Assembly (NCBI GenBank): GCA_963705305.1
Contig: OY970067.1
Span: 1,120,001-1,184,000 of the forward strand
Source of the DNA: an uncultured Methylomirabilota bacterium
GTDB lineage: Bacteria > Methylomirabilota > Methylomirabilia > Methylomirabilales > 2-02-FULL-66-22
DNA length: 64,000 nt
Reading direction: 5' to 3'
Shown here: positions 1 through 10,002 of the stretch, in pieces
Layout: each line of letters begins with the position of its first letter
Numbering within the stretch: the stretch's first letter is position 1
The notes under the pieces: model-generated
Database searches by the model: none
What the model was told of the DNA's origin: nothing
The model's input: the letters and a program-made list of their open reading frames with translations, nothing else
Made by a program: the position numbers and the translations under genes

Positions 1-2
1 AG

Positions 3-248
3 ATTTTCTCGGCGCTGCGCCCGGGCGGGCGCGCGCTGATCCGCGACTTCGTCATGGAGGAGTCTCGAATCAAACCGCCCGGGGGAGCCTTCTTCGCCGT
101 CAACATGCTGGTGGCCACGCCTGGCGGCGGGACATTCACGTTCGGCGAGCTGCGGGACGACCTGGGGGCCGCGGGATTCGTCGACGCCACGCTGCTTCGC
201 CGAGGTGAGGGCATGGACTCGGTGGTCAGCGCGGTCAAGCCCGCGTGA
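3..248 (+). CDS. SAM-dependent O-methyltransferase, C-terminal fragment (5' truncated by window edge)
   Basis: Open frame from position 3: ..ALRPGGRALIRDFVM..FAVNMLVATPGGGTFT..L..AGF, typical Methyltransf_2 C-terminus. Confidence 0.75.
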   Translation: MFSALRPGGRALIRDFVMEESRIKPPGGAFFAVNMLVATPGGGTFTFGELRDDLGAAGFVDATLLRRGEGMDSVVSAVKPA

Positions 249-351
249 GATCGCCCGGCGGACGCTGCACCGCCGCCCGGCGCCCGCATGCGGGCGCCCA
301 CCGCGGCTGCCGCCACGTGCCGTTCCTTTCGCCTTTCGCAGGAGCAGCCGG

Positions 352-1437
352 ATGAATGAGACGCTGCCGCGCACCTTCGCCGCCCCCGGGACCTACGTGC
401 AAGGTCCCGGCGTCCTGGGGGTTGTCGGACCCCATCTCGCCCGTCTGGGGAAACGGGCCGTCGGCGTGGTGGATCCCAACGTCCGGGCGCAGGCCGAGCC
501 CGTCCTCGCCGCCGCCTGCGCTTCCGAGGGGATCGCCTGGCAGGCCGAGCCGTTCCCCGGCGAGTGCACAGAGGGCGTGGTGGACGGGTTGCTGGCGACG
601 GCGCGTCCCTGGAAGCCCGAGATGGTCGTCGCCGCCGGGGGCGGCAAGGCGCTGGATACCGGCAAGCTCCTCGCGGAGGCTCTCGGCCTCCCGGCGGTCA
701 TGATCCCCACCATCGCGGCCACCGACGCGCCCACCAGCCGGGTGGCAGTCCTCTATACCGAGGACCACGCGCAGCTTCGCGTGGTCCGACTCCGGAGCAA
801 TCCAGCGCTGGTTGTGGTGGATACTTCCATCATCGTCCGGGCGCCGCTTCGCTTCCTCGTGGCGGGGATGGGTGATGCCATCTCGACCTGGCCCGAGGCG
901 CGGACCTGCGCGGCCACCGGGGGGCGCACTCCCGTGGGGGGCCGCTCCTCCCCTGCGGCGCTGGCCCTTGCCGAGCTCTGCTACCGGACGGTCCTGGCCC
1001 ACGGCCGGCAGGCCCGCGAGGACGCCACGCACGGACGGGTCAGCGAGGCGGTGGAACTGGTGGTGGAGGCGAACACGCTGCTCAGCGGCCTGGGCTTCGA
1101 AAGCGGGGGGCTGGCCGCCGCGCACAGCCTCTACGCCGGTCTCAGCACCCTGCCGGCAGGGGCCCCCTACCTCCACGGGGAAAAGGTGGCTTTCGGCGTG
1201 GTGGCCCAAGCCGTCCTAGAGGACTGGCCCGCCGCCGAGCGAGCCGAGCTACTGGATTTCTACCGCGACGTGGGGCTGCCCGCCACGCTGGCCGCGATCG
1301 GTCTCGGAGACGCCACGGCAGCTGATCTTCGGCAAGCCGCCGGGGTGGCCTGTCGCCCCGGGTCCCACATGCACAACTTGCGGCGGCCGATCAGCGTCGA
1401 AGAGTTGGTCGGCGCCCTGGAGAGCCTCCGCCGCTGA
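352..1437 (+). CDS. gldA: glycerol dehydrogenase-like (iron-containing alcohol dehydrogenase family)
   Basis: GGGKALDTGK, PTIAATDAPTS, AGMGDA, SGLGFESGGLAAAH, HGEKVAFG motifs; AGGAG upstream of ATG 352. Confidence 0.85.
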   Translation: MNETLPRTFAAPGTYVQGPGVLGVVGPHLARLGKRAVGVVDPNVRAQAEPVLAAACASEGIAWQAEPFPGECTEGVVDGLLATARPWKPEMVVAAGGGKALDTGKLLAEALGLPAVMIPTIAATDAPTSRVAVLYTEDHAQLRVVRLRSNPALVVVDTSIIVRAPLRFLVAGMGDAISTWPEARTCAATGGRTPVGGRSSPAALALAELCYRTVLAHGRQAREDATHGRVSEAVELVVEANTLLSGLGFESGGLAAAHSLYAGLSTLPAGAPYLHGEKVAFGVVAQAVLEDWPAAERAELLDFYRDVGLPATLAAIGLGDATAADLRQAAGVACRPGSHMHNLRRPISVEELVGALESLRR

Positions 1438-1516
1438 TCGGGTTTTCCTGTCGCCGGATTCAGGGCGGCGACGTATGAACCGTCGGCCAGGCGCCACGGC
1501 GCCTCAGGAGATTCCC

Positions 1517-1930
1517 ATGTCCCAGCCAACGATCGTCCGGTTTGACGAGATCCCCGTCGTTCCCCGCGGCAGCGGGGTGGAGACAAAGCCGCTCCTCCTC
1601 GAGGCGACGGGCGCCGAGTCCTTCGTGAGCGGCGTGAGCACTTTCCCGGTTGGATCCGCCCTCCGACTGCACAAACACAACGCCCAGGAAATGGTCGTCC
1701 TCCTGGAAGGGGAGGCTACGGTAGAGGTGAATGAGCAGCGGCACGACCTCGTGCCCTATGACACCACGGTCGTGCCCGCCGGCATGTTCCACCGGTTCAT
1801 CAACCGGGGCCGGACGCCGATGCGCATCTTGTGGGTGTACGGCTCCACCCATGTCACCCGAACGTTCGCCGATACGGGCGAGACGGCAGAGCACCTGTCG
1901 GCGCAGGATAAAGGCGGCGTTCGCCAGTAG
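1517..1930 (+). CDS. cupin domain protein
   Basis: LHKHNAQEMVVLLEG..VVPAGMFHRFIN cupin motifs; AGGAG RBS. Confidence 0.85.
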   Translation: MSQPTIVRFDEIPVVPRGSGVETKPLLLEATGAESFVSGVSTFPVGSALRLHKHNAQEMVVLLEGEATVEVNEQRHDLVPYDTTVVPAGMFHRFINRGRTPMRILWVYGSTHVTRTFADTGETAEHLSAQDKGGVRQ

Positions 1931-1989
1931 CCGCGGGATCCCTGGAGGAACGTCCGCGCCCTCTCTGCCTCGTCCCTTTGCCTTTCACC

Positions 1990-2018
1990 TTGACATGGCG
2001 TTAACGGGCGAGTACTTC
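1990..2018 (+). promoter_or_regulatory. putative sigma70 promoter
   Basis: TTGACA-17 nt-TACTTC upstream of ORF 2159. Confidence 0.35.
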
Positions 2019-2158
2019 TTTGTCCCGAGGGGAACGAACGCCGTGAGTTTCTGGCCGGTTCCTGCGGCGTCCACCGGTCGGGTCCCGGCGCGTTCGGCTG
2101 GGCCCCGGAATACCCTCTGCGCATGGCGGGGGGCGCCACACCGAGAGGGGGAGGGATC

Positions 2159-2431
2159 ATGTCAGGTCTTCCGGGGAATCCGCTGGGCTATGCCCGTGAT
2201 ATCGCCGAGGGCAATGCCCCCCTGACGGTCATCCAGCTCAAAAAGTTGACGCCGGAGGAATTGAAGAAGATGTTCCTCAATCTGAACATCGTCCTCCGCG
2301 AGGTCCGCACTGCCACCGTCGTCGAGCACGATATCGACGGGATGCGCCGACGGGCCCACAAGCTCCAGCGGCTCAGCAACGCGGTCCTGCTGCTGGAGAC
2401 CCACGCCAAGAAGCTGCGCGTCCCCCTCTGA
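2159..2431 (+). CDS. hypothetical helical protein (90 aa)
   Basis: Host-like codon usage, GGAGGG RBS, no recognisable motif. Confidence 0.7.
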   Translation: MSGLPGNPLGYARDIAEGNAPLTVIQLKKLTPEELKKMFLNLNIVLREVRTATVVEHDIDGMRRRAHKLQRLSNAVLLLETHAKKLRVPL

Positions 2432-2503
2432 GCCCCCCGATCTGGACACCGCCATCGGCGAGCTCCAGGCGCCGGTTTCTCCCGCCGCCGCCCTCCAGAG
2501 AAC

Positions 2504-3193
2504 TCACGCGCGGGGATACCCCACGGTTTGGGCCAGGGTGATCTTCTGATCCGGGCGCAAACCCATGGCGCGCGCGAGGCCGGGCCGGTCGATCGACGCC
2601 CGGACGACCGTCGCCAGGCCCTCCGACGCGCAATACAGATAGACGTTCTGGCTGATGAACCCCGTGTGCGCGGCGGCGTAGAATTCCCGATCCTGCGGAG
2701 CGGCCCGCCCCATCTTTGCCAGATCCGACACGTAGACCAGGGTCACCGGCGCCTCCTTCACGAACGCCTGGCGGCCGGTCAGTGCCCGGATGTCTTCGGC
2801 GAGAATAGGCACCAGCCCGTGCGTCTTGGCATCATAGAGGTGCAGACCGTCGACCGAGGCTAGATAAATATCCGTTTCCTGCGAATTGCTCGCGGACGGT
2901 GCCGTCCGCCCGCCCGACTCCGGACGATTCACACCGAAGCCCGCCCACAGCATGCCGGAGAGAACGGGGAGCGGCAGCCTCTCCGGCCGGAATTCGCGGG
3001 ACGACCGTCGTTCCCTCAGCACCTGCATCAGTGGTCGCCCGCCGGCCATCTGCGGCGGCGGGAGCGAGATTGCTTTGGCGTTCTGAGCCTCGGCGGCCAA
3101 GCCCGCCCGGTCGGCCACGACGAGCGCCGCCCCGACGGCCGCGAACTGCAGAAATGCACGTCGATCAATGCCGGTGGATCGTGGAGAGGACAT
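2504..3193 (-). CDS. SagB/ThcOx-like nitroreductase family protein with Tat signal peptide
   Basis: DRRAFLQ twin-arginine signal; RRSSREF, RTAPSASN, GFISQNVYLYCASEGL, QTVGYP. Confidence 0.85.
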   Translation of the reverse strand: MSSPRSTGIDRRAFLQFAAVGAALVVADRAGLAAEAQNAKAISLPPPQMAGGRPLMQVLRERRSSREFRPERLPLPVLSGMLWAGFGVNRPESGGRTAPSASNSQETDIYLASVDGLHLYDAKTHGLVPILAEDIRALTGRQAFVKEAPVTLVYVSDLAKMGRAAPQDREFYAAAHTGFISQNVYLYCASEGLATVVRASIDRPGLARAMGLRPDQKITLAQTVGYPRA

Positions 3194-3345
3194 GCCGGGC
3201 CTCCTTTCGGGCTTCTTGCCTACGGACGCACGAGCGACCTGTCGGGATCATCCGGCGCGATAGGCGGGACAGCCGGATCGTGGCACCCGCGCCGCCGGTC
3301 AGGGCATTCTTCGCGCCCTGGCGGTGAGATATCTTCTGAATGGGC

Positions 3346-4174
3346 TCAGTACCACCTGAGATCGGCGGGTGGCGACACGCCCGTGATGTTGGTTCGCAAT
3401 TCCTTCAATCCCTCGATTTGGCCGATGACCGTCGGCAGCGCGTCCACGACCTCCGGCCATCGGGTCTCGCCGGAGATGGTCACGACTCCGTCACGGGCTG
3501 CTACCTTCAGCTCAGCATCTCGGGTCCGATAGTCCACGGCCAGTGCGGCGGCGACCCGGCCCTCCAGTGTAAGATCTTGCATGGCCCGCAGCGAGGCCGC
3601 CGTGGGCCGGAATTCCTCCCGCTCGGTCATTCGGACCACCATGTCGCATCCGGTCTGGAGGCTCATCCGGCTCAGGTTCAGAACCATGTCGTACAGGTAG
3701 GCATCATCCCAATCGACCCCGAACAGGAATCGAGTCCATTCTCGTCGCTCCTTGTCCACCCGCTCGATGGAGGCGATCGCCTCGGGGCCTCCCAAGCCTT
3801 CCCGCTGCATGGCTACCTTGAGGCGAAACCCGAGAATCGGCGATCACCCGGACGCTGATGACGTGAGAGATGCCGTGCAGAAGAAAATGGCCGAGGTGGC
3901 CATGATACACCAGGTTGCCGTCCATGGCCTGCTCGCACAGGGTTGCCCGCACGACCGCCAGATAGGCGGTGCGCTCCCCGATCACCCGTTCCCAGAAAGA
4001 GGGCCGCCGCTCCATGGCTGCGGTGAGATCCTCCCGCGAAACTCCGTACCGTCTGGCGGCCAACTCGAGGTTCTCTTCCCGGCTGAGGCAGCGGTACCCC
4101 AGCCGGTCTGCCACCCCTCTGGCGAGCGCCTCTCCGCTGCTGAAAGTCCCCCGGGAAATGGCGATGATTGACAT
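3346..4174 (-). pseudogene. cytidylate kinase-like family protein with C-terminal BON domain, +1 frameshift near 3835
   Basis: MSIIAISRGTFSSG..NLVYHGHLGH..VRVIAD in one frame continues as (LGFRLKVA)MQREG..DKERREW..YDMVLN..BON-like in another; removing one base restores the frame. Confidence 0.75.
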
Positions 4175-4602
4175 CGTGTCCCTCCGCGCAAAGCCAGATT
4201 CGGACCGCCCACAATGCTGCAAGGGCAGGTCACCGGCCTGGAGTCCACTCTGGAGAGACGACCTGCGTCCGAGCTCCCCTGTCCACCCAGACCCGGCAGC
4301 CGCCCTGGCCCCACCGGCCGGCCGAGGAACGGAGGTCTGGGGGGGGCGTCGCGAATCGCCTCGCTGCAAATAAGATGGTGCCTCCGCATGGATGTGTCAA
4401 CGCGATGCGGCACACGAAGAAAGCATCGGACGAAGACGGAGCAGGGCGGTGCCGAATGGATGGTGTCAACCGTTCACGCTAACCGAGGTGTTGGAGGGTG
4501 GAAGTCGAGAGGATGCGTGATATGCCCCCAGGAAGGCGCGGAGGCGCAGCATGGGTCTGAACGCCGCCGAAGGGCGCACACGGCGAGCCTGACAGGCCCC
4601 GG

Positions 4603-5430
4603 CTATGCCGACCACCCGGCGGGCTCGCACGCTCGTTCTGCCGCCTGGTGGCCCGGCAGGGAGGTGTCCCACCGGAGGGCAACCAGCCGTTTTCCGGTCG
4701 TGGAGGCCGACGCGTCCGAAGCCAGCCAGAGCAGGGGGGCTACCATGATTTCCGGGTCCAGCAGCCGCTGCCGCGCCTCCTCGGACAGGCCGTCGGGGAT
4801 CATGCCCGTGTTGGAAGCGCCGCCCGGGAGAAGGGCATTCACCGTGACCCCCGTCCCGGAAAGCTCCTGCGCCCAGATGATGGTCTCGGACTCCAGCGCC
4901 GCCTTGGACGGGCCGTAGGGCGAAAAGCCGACCCGGCGCATGGTTTCATGGTTGATGCTGATGTTGATGATGCGACCCCACCCCTGCCGCAGCATCTGCG
5001 GCACCACCGCCCTGGCCATCAAAAAGGGTCCATTGACGTTGGTGTCAATGATCATACGCCAGATGCCGGGATTCGCCTCCCAGAACCGGGTCGGCTGCGT
5101 CAGGAAGGCGGAGCTGATATACCGCATACCGCGCCCGGCGTTGTTGACAAGGATGTGGATCGCGCCGAAGCTCGCCATCGCCTCGTCCGCCACGGCGCGG
5201 CAATCCGACTCCCGGGCGACATCCGCCAGCAGCGGCCTGGCGCGTCCGTCCCCGGCCAGCCGATTGGCATCGTCGGCCGCCTGACGGATCTGGGCCACGC
5301 TCTCTGCGGCGGTCGCCACCACCCGTGCCCCCGCCCGCGCCAGCCCCATCACCATCGCTCGCCCCAGGCCGCGTCCGCCGCCCGTCACGATGGCCACTCT
5401 GCCCGAGAGTCCCGGCGCCTGTCCTGTCAT
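4603..5430 (-). CDS. SDR family oxidoreductase
   Basis: TGGGRGLG, LVNNAG, YGPSK catalytic motif. Confidence 0.9.
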   Translation of the reverse strand: MTGQAPGLSGRVAIVTGGGRGLGRAMVMGLARAGARVVATAAESVAQIRQAADDANRLAGDGRARPLLADVARESDCRAVADEAMASFGAIHILVNNAGRGMRYISSAFLTQPTRFWEANPGIWRMIIDTNVNGPFLMARAVVPQMLRQGWGRIINISINHETMRRVGFSPYGPSKAALESETIIWAQELSGTGVTVNALLPGGASNTGMIPDGLSEEARQRLLDPEIMVAPLLWLASDASASTTGKRLVALRWDTSLPGHQAAERACEPAGWSA

Positions 5431-5648
5431 TCTCTCGCCCTCCAGAGCCCCTAAAAGGGTAATGAAAAACTCGTTTTCGCTCAGGCTGCTCAAAAAGGTC
5501 CAGCTGCAAGGCGGCCCGCAAAGCGCGGGGCACCCGCCACGGGCGGGTCAAGGCGTACTTCCGGTACGCCGCAGCGAGTGCCCGAGTGGGCGGGGTACCC
5601 ATCCGAAGGATGGGCACCCATCAGATGGGTACCCGGCAGATGGGCCTT

Positions 5649-7628
5649 GTAGAGTCAAAGTGGAGCGCGGTCCTGCGCTCGCCCTCGAATCGGTCGCCGC
5701 ACGCGGCTACTGGAGACCACGACGAAGCACCAGACCGTTTCCCCACTCTGCTCATCGAACCGTGCGTGCGGTATTCCCGCACACGGCTCTCGGACGGGTT
5801 TCACACCCCGGCATGCGCAGGCGGCGCCAGACGGACACCGCGCAGCGAGAACACCCCCAGCTCGCCAAACACCCGAGCGAGGCGGAACCGCCGCGTCCCT
5901 CGCGAGGGGACCTTGTGCCGACGCCGCAGGAAGTCGCGCACGCGCTCATAGACGTAGTGGTCCACCGCGCGGTAGGCCAGCCAGCGCGTCCCGTAGGAGA
6001 AGTAGTGGGCCCAGCCCCGGAGCACGGAGTTGAGATCGACCACGATCATCTCCCAGGGCGCCTGGTTGCCCGGCCGGAGGATTCCCCGGATGCGCCCCTT
6101 GACCCGCTGCACCGCCTTCTTGGCGGGCGCGGCCCCCAGGTACCCATGCCCATCCTTCCGGTAGTGCAGCGGCCCGAAGGTGTAGCCCAGGAAGGTGAAC
6201 GGCTCGCGCCGCCCGTCGACCACCCGGGTCTTCTGCTCGTTGAGCGTCAGCCCCATCTGGGTGAACCAGCGGCGCGTCTGCGCGAGGACCTCGGCTGCCC
6301 CATGCTGGCACAGGATCACGAAGTCATCCGCGTAGGAGATGAGCCGCGCCCCGTACCGCCGGTCGAGCCCCCGCAGGCGAAAGACTTTCAGGAAGCGGTT
6401 CATGTAGAGGTTGGCGAGCAGCGGCGAGACACATCCGCCTTGCGGCGTGCCCCGCGTGCTCCGCTTCCCCCCGCTGAACCGCCACCCGCCGCCGTCGGCC
6501 CGCTCCGCCACTGGCGCCTTGAGCCACCGCTTGAGCAGCCGGAGCAGCCGGCGATCGCTCAGGCGGCGGGCCAGCGGTTGCATGAGGTCGGCGTGTGGAA
6601 TCGAGTCGAAGTAGCCCGATACGTCGGCGTCAATCACCGCGGAGTGCCCGGCGCACAGCTCCCGGTGCACTGCCTGGACGGCCTGCAAGGCCGTGCGCCC
6701 CGGCCGATAGCCATAGGCCGTGGGTGCCAGGTCCACCTCGAAGATCGGTTGCAGGATCAGCAGCGCGGCGGTTTGGACCACCCGGTCTCGGATGACAGGA
6801 ATCCCGAGCGGCCGCTCCCCGACCCCGCCCGGCTTGGGAATGCGCACCCGCCGCACCGGTTGCGGCCGATACGTCTCGGTACGCAGCGCCTCCTGCACTG
6901 CGGCCAGCCATGGCTCCACCCCTGCCGCCTCGATGTCCGCGAAGGTCACCCCGTCCACGCCCGGCGCGCCCCCGTGCTGCTTGCTCAGGGCGTAGGCATG
7001 GGCCAGGACGTCCAGGCGGTACACCTTGTCGTACAGGAGGTAGAAGCGGTAGGCCGGCTCCTGCTTGGCCTTGATGTAGAGCGCCTCTTGGAGCCGCCGG
7101 AGCTTTGTTGGAGTTGCCAGGCTCACGCCAATCTCCCACCCCTTGACTCGGTGCGACGCACCCCGAACCAGGGTCCCTTCCCTCCCCACCGGTTGTGTTG
7201 TCCGATGGGTACCCGCGGTACTGTGGACCCCTCCGACGCCCAGAGCCGCCCCCACCCCAACGATGGGGCGAGGGGCGCGACCCCTCGCGGCGTTGGGCCT
7301 CCCGTGTTGCGCTCTGCTCTCTGCCGACGTGCCACGCCCCATACCCCGGTGAGGGACTCCGTCGTCATCGGTCGGTTGCTCCTACGGAGCCGGCGGTCTT
7401 CCCTGACTGAAAAGCAGGTCGACCCTCACGACAGCACTTTCGAGGCTTGCCCAGGCTTCACGCATGTTGCGGCCCGTCCGCTTGCGGACCCACCCACGGT
7501 GGGCCCCTGTCCCGAGGGCTTCGGCCAGTCGGTTACCCTCCTTGCCGCCTCGGTAGCTACTGGGGTGTACCGACAACTCCCCAGGCCGGACTTGCACCGG
7601 CAAGAGCAAAGCGCCTTTCACGGCGCGC
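5649..7628 (-). mobile_element. group II intron (complete, IIB-like)
   Basis: 5' end GCGCG..GGTGCAAGTCC; domain V GAGAGCCGTGTGCGGGAATACCGCACGCACGGTTCG after the ORF stop; domain VI ending ..GACTCTAC; removal restores an intact repeat terminus. Confidence 0.92.
5801..7126 (-). CDS. ltrA: group II intron reverse transcriptase/maturase (no obvious endonuclease domain)
   Basis: RFYLLYDKVYR, GAPGVDG, RPLGIP..DRVVQ, GTPQGGCVSPLLANLY, YADD, LRGWAHYF; GTG start after GGGAGA. Confidence 0.95.
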   Translation of the reverse strand: MSLATPTKLRRLQEALYIKAKQEPAYRFYLLYDKVYRLDVLAHAYALSKQHGGAPGVDGVTFADIEAAGVEPWLAAVQEALRTETYRPQPVRRVRIPKPGGVGERPLGIPVIRDRVVQTAALLILQPIFEVDLAPTAYGYRPGRTALQAVQAVHRELCAGHSAVIDADVSGYFDSIPHADLMQPLARRLSDRRLLRLLKRWLKAPVAERADGGGWRFSGGKRSTRGTPQGGCVSPLLANLYMNRFLKVFRLRGLDRRYGARLISYADDFVILCQHGAAEVLAQTRRWFTQMGLTLNEQKTRVVDGRREPFTFLGYTFGPLHYRKDGHGYLGAAPAKKAVQRVKGRIRGILRPGNQAPWEMIVVDLNSVLRGWAHYFSYGTRWLAYRAVDHYVYERVRDFLRRRHKVPSRGTRRFRLARVFGELGVFSLRGVRLAPPAHAGV

Positions 7629-7740
7629 TTTCAGCAGCCTGCTAAGCGCGCGGGGCGCCTCGGCCGCCCCCTCGCCGGTCCCCGGCACGGCGGGGCCGCT
7701 GGCAGGGGGGCGTAAATTGCAGAAGGTGTCAGCGCACCCT

Positions 7741-8850
7741 TCAACGCAGGCCTTCCTCCGCTTTGGCGATCACCGCTTCCGTCGGCAGGCACTGGTCGAA
7801 CCCGTGGGGCGGATACAATCGGAGCGCCTCCCTGGCATGCTTCAGGGAAGCGGTGAGTTTTTCCCTGCGTACAGTCACGTCGTCCGTGACCGCGGCCTCC
7901 GCCAGCAGATCGATGGCCAGCAGATGCTCGATCCAGGCCGTGCGCTGGGGGCAGTAGCCGCGCGGGCGCGAATAGCAGATGGTGACACCGCTGTCGCCGC
8001 CGGTCTCGCCGGCGGGCAGGTCGCGGACATTGTCCAGGTAGCGGTAGAAGTCGTTCTCGTACGGGCTCAGGTCCGCCTGCGCCGCCGCGGTCTTCGACTG
8101 GATGCAGCCTTGCGGCGTGAACAGGTCCTGCCTCATCAGCCGGATCAGTTCACCCTGGTAGTAGAGCGCGTGGCCGTTGTCCGGATCCAGCGCCAGAAGC
8201 TCCCGGATATCGGCTTGCACGGCCGTGAAATCGGGCTTGCCGTTCTGCAGCATGGCATCCCGGGCGGCGGCGAAATGGGTCTTCAGTGCGCCGGCGAGAT
8301 GGACCATGCGCACGGGCGGGCATCTATCGCGGTACACGATCACGCCGGTCACGAGCAGGGCCGCGACCACAACGACAGGGATCCAGAGTCTGCGGGGTTT
8401 CCGCCGCGCCACCGGCATGGACGACGGCCTGCCGGTTCCGGAGGCTGTCCCGTCCAGCAGGCCGCGAACGGTCTGCGCCAGCAATTCGAGATGCGGCGCC
8501 AGCGGCGGTCGGAAGGCATCGAGCCACTGGGTGGTGCCTAGGAAATATTCCATGGAACCCGCTGGCGCCACATCCTCCAGGCGAACCGGGATGATGTCCA
8601 CGCCCTTGGCCACCGCGCGCTCCACCTCGCGCAGCACCTGGGGCGAGCCGTTGGAGCGGCCGCTGAACAGCAGCACCATCACGCGGCAGCCGTTGATGCC
8701 CTCGATGATGGAGCCGCCCCAGTCGTGGCCCGGCGGGATGTCTCGCGGCGCCATCCACACGCGGATGCCGGCATGCTCCAGCGCTGCGCACACCTGCGCG
8801 GCGACCTGGTCGTCCTTGCTGGAGTGGCTCAGGAAGACATCGCGTGCCAT
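7741..8850 (-). CDS. TIR domain protein with transmembrane helix and C-terminal TPR-like region
   Basis: DVFLSHSSKD..WMAPRDIPPG..REVERA..IIPVRLED (TIR_2); TM LWIPVVVVAALLVTGVIVY; LALDPDNGHALYYQG. Confidence 0.85.
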   Translation of the reverse strand: MARDVFLSHSSKDDQVAAQVCAALEHAGIRVWMAPRDIPPGHDWGGSIIEGINGCRVMVLLFSGRSNGSPQVLREVERAVAKGVDIIPVRLEDVAPAGSMEYFLGTTQWLDAFRPPLAPHLELLAQTVRGLLDGTASGTGRPSSMPVARRKPRRLWIPVVVVAALLVTGVIVYRDRCPPVRMVHLAGALKTHFAAARDAMLQNGKPDFTAVQADIRELLALDPDNGHALYYQGELIRLMRQDLFTPQGCIQSKTAAAQADLSPYENDFYRYLDNVRDLPAGETGGDSGVTICYSRPRGYCPQRTAWIEHLLAIDLLAEAAVTDDVTVRREKLTASLKHAREALRLYPPHGFDQCLPTEAVIAKAEEGLR

Positions 8851-9425
8851 GGTGAAGGCCCCCGATTCCGCCGGCACATCGTATCGGCTCTCAGCGCCGG
8901 CCGGTCTCGCCGGGTGCCGCGATGGCGTGGGCTTCCCGCCCCCAGGCGAGCTTCTGCGGCCGCGGCAGGCGCTGGAGGTCCGCTTCGAGCCGCAGCGCCT
9001 GGGAACGCGCGCCCTGTATGCCGCTGCGGTGTTCCTGGAGACGCCGCGCCGGTTCCATGGTGAAGTCGATATGGCCTGCGCCCATTGACGGGTGCACCCG
9101 TAATGGTAGTCCAAGCCGGCTCCGAACGCCAGCACAGGGCGCGGCTGCGGGAGCAGCGTGGCGATCGCCCGCGCCCCGGGGGCGAACAATCGGGAATGCT
9201 GCGGTCTGGGTCGCTCTTACGCCGATATGGATAGTGATAGCGGCAAGGGCGGCTCGCAAGGGAGGATGACAAAGACTGGAACGTCCCCTCTGACGACAGC
9301 GGCGTTCTTCTGTTACCGGCTTGAGGACGGCTAGGCCGTTCGACGTGTCCCACCTTGACGACCCGTCGCTTTCGGCTAAGATGGCGGCGGTTCTTTCTCA
9401 AACCCCGCATTTCCGGAGGTGGTCC

Positions 9426-9980
9426 ATGAACGAGCAGCTCAGGCAGATTGCGGACAGGATCCACGGCCTGCGGGAAATTGCCCACCTGTCCATCGAGACC
9501 TGCGCCCAGGATCTCGCAATCCCCGCGGAGAGATACCGAGAGTACGAAAGCGGCGCCATAGACATGCCGGTGAGTTTTCTCTACCAGGTCGCCCAGAAAT
9601 TCCAGGTGGAGTTGTCCTCCATCCTCACTGGCGAGGAGCCGCGCCTGCGGATCTATTCGGTTACGCGCGGCGGCCGAGGGGTGAACGTCGAACGCCAGAA
9701 GGAGTACAACTACCAGAGCCTCGCGTTCAACTTCATCGACAAGAAGATGGAGCCGTTTCTCATCACGGTGGAACCCGTCCCCGACTCCGCCCCTGTTCCT
9801 CTGAACTCCCACCCCGGCCAAGAATTTGAGTATCTTCTTGAGGGGACCCTGAAGGTCGTGGTGGGCGGTCACGAGGTGGTGCTCGCGCCGGGAGATTCGA
9901 TCTTCTTCGATTCGAGCCATCCCCATGGGGTGATGGCGGTCGGCGGGTCGCCGGCAAAGTTCGTCGCCGTCATCCTTTGA
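9426..9980 (+). CDS. XRE-family HTH transcriptional regulator with cupin domain
   Basis: N-terminal HTH ([11 protein letters not shown]), C-terminal [24 protein letters not shown]. Confidence 0.9.
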   Translation: MNEQLRQIADRIHGLREIAHLSIETCAQDLAIPAERYREYESGAIDMPVSFLYQVAQKFQVELSSILTGEEPRLRIYSVTRGGRGVNVERQKEYNYQSLAFNFIDKKMEPFLITVEPVPDSAPVPLNSHPGQEFEYLLEGTLKVVVGGHEVVLAPGDSIFFDSSHPHGVMAVGGSPAKFVAVIL

Positions 9981-10002
9981 AGAAGAAAGGGGGAACGGAG
10001 CC

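Larger units (their letters stand above)
5455..7641. mobile_element. MITE/REP-like element copy A (5455-5648 plus 7629-7641), interrupted by a group II intron
   Basis: Shares inner repeat caggctgctcaaaaagg, core aggcgtac..gtacgccgcagcg and right end gcagatgggcctt|tttcagcagcctg with other copies; CTAA on both flanks (5451-5454, 7642-7645). Confidence 0.8.

Noticed and set aside
5801..7126. RT as part of a retron, DGR or defence system with the neighbouring TIR gene
   Set aside because: It has clear group II intron domains V/VI, a maturase domain and exact insertion boundaries. The TIR gene lies outside the intron.
5390..7645. 751-aa plus-strand ORF, and similar very long ORFs at 18644-21397, 33881-36256, 48648-52988 and 52796-55360
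   Set aside because: These are antisense shadows of real high-GC3 genes, with no motifs and a composition typical of reverse frames.
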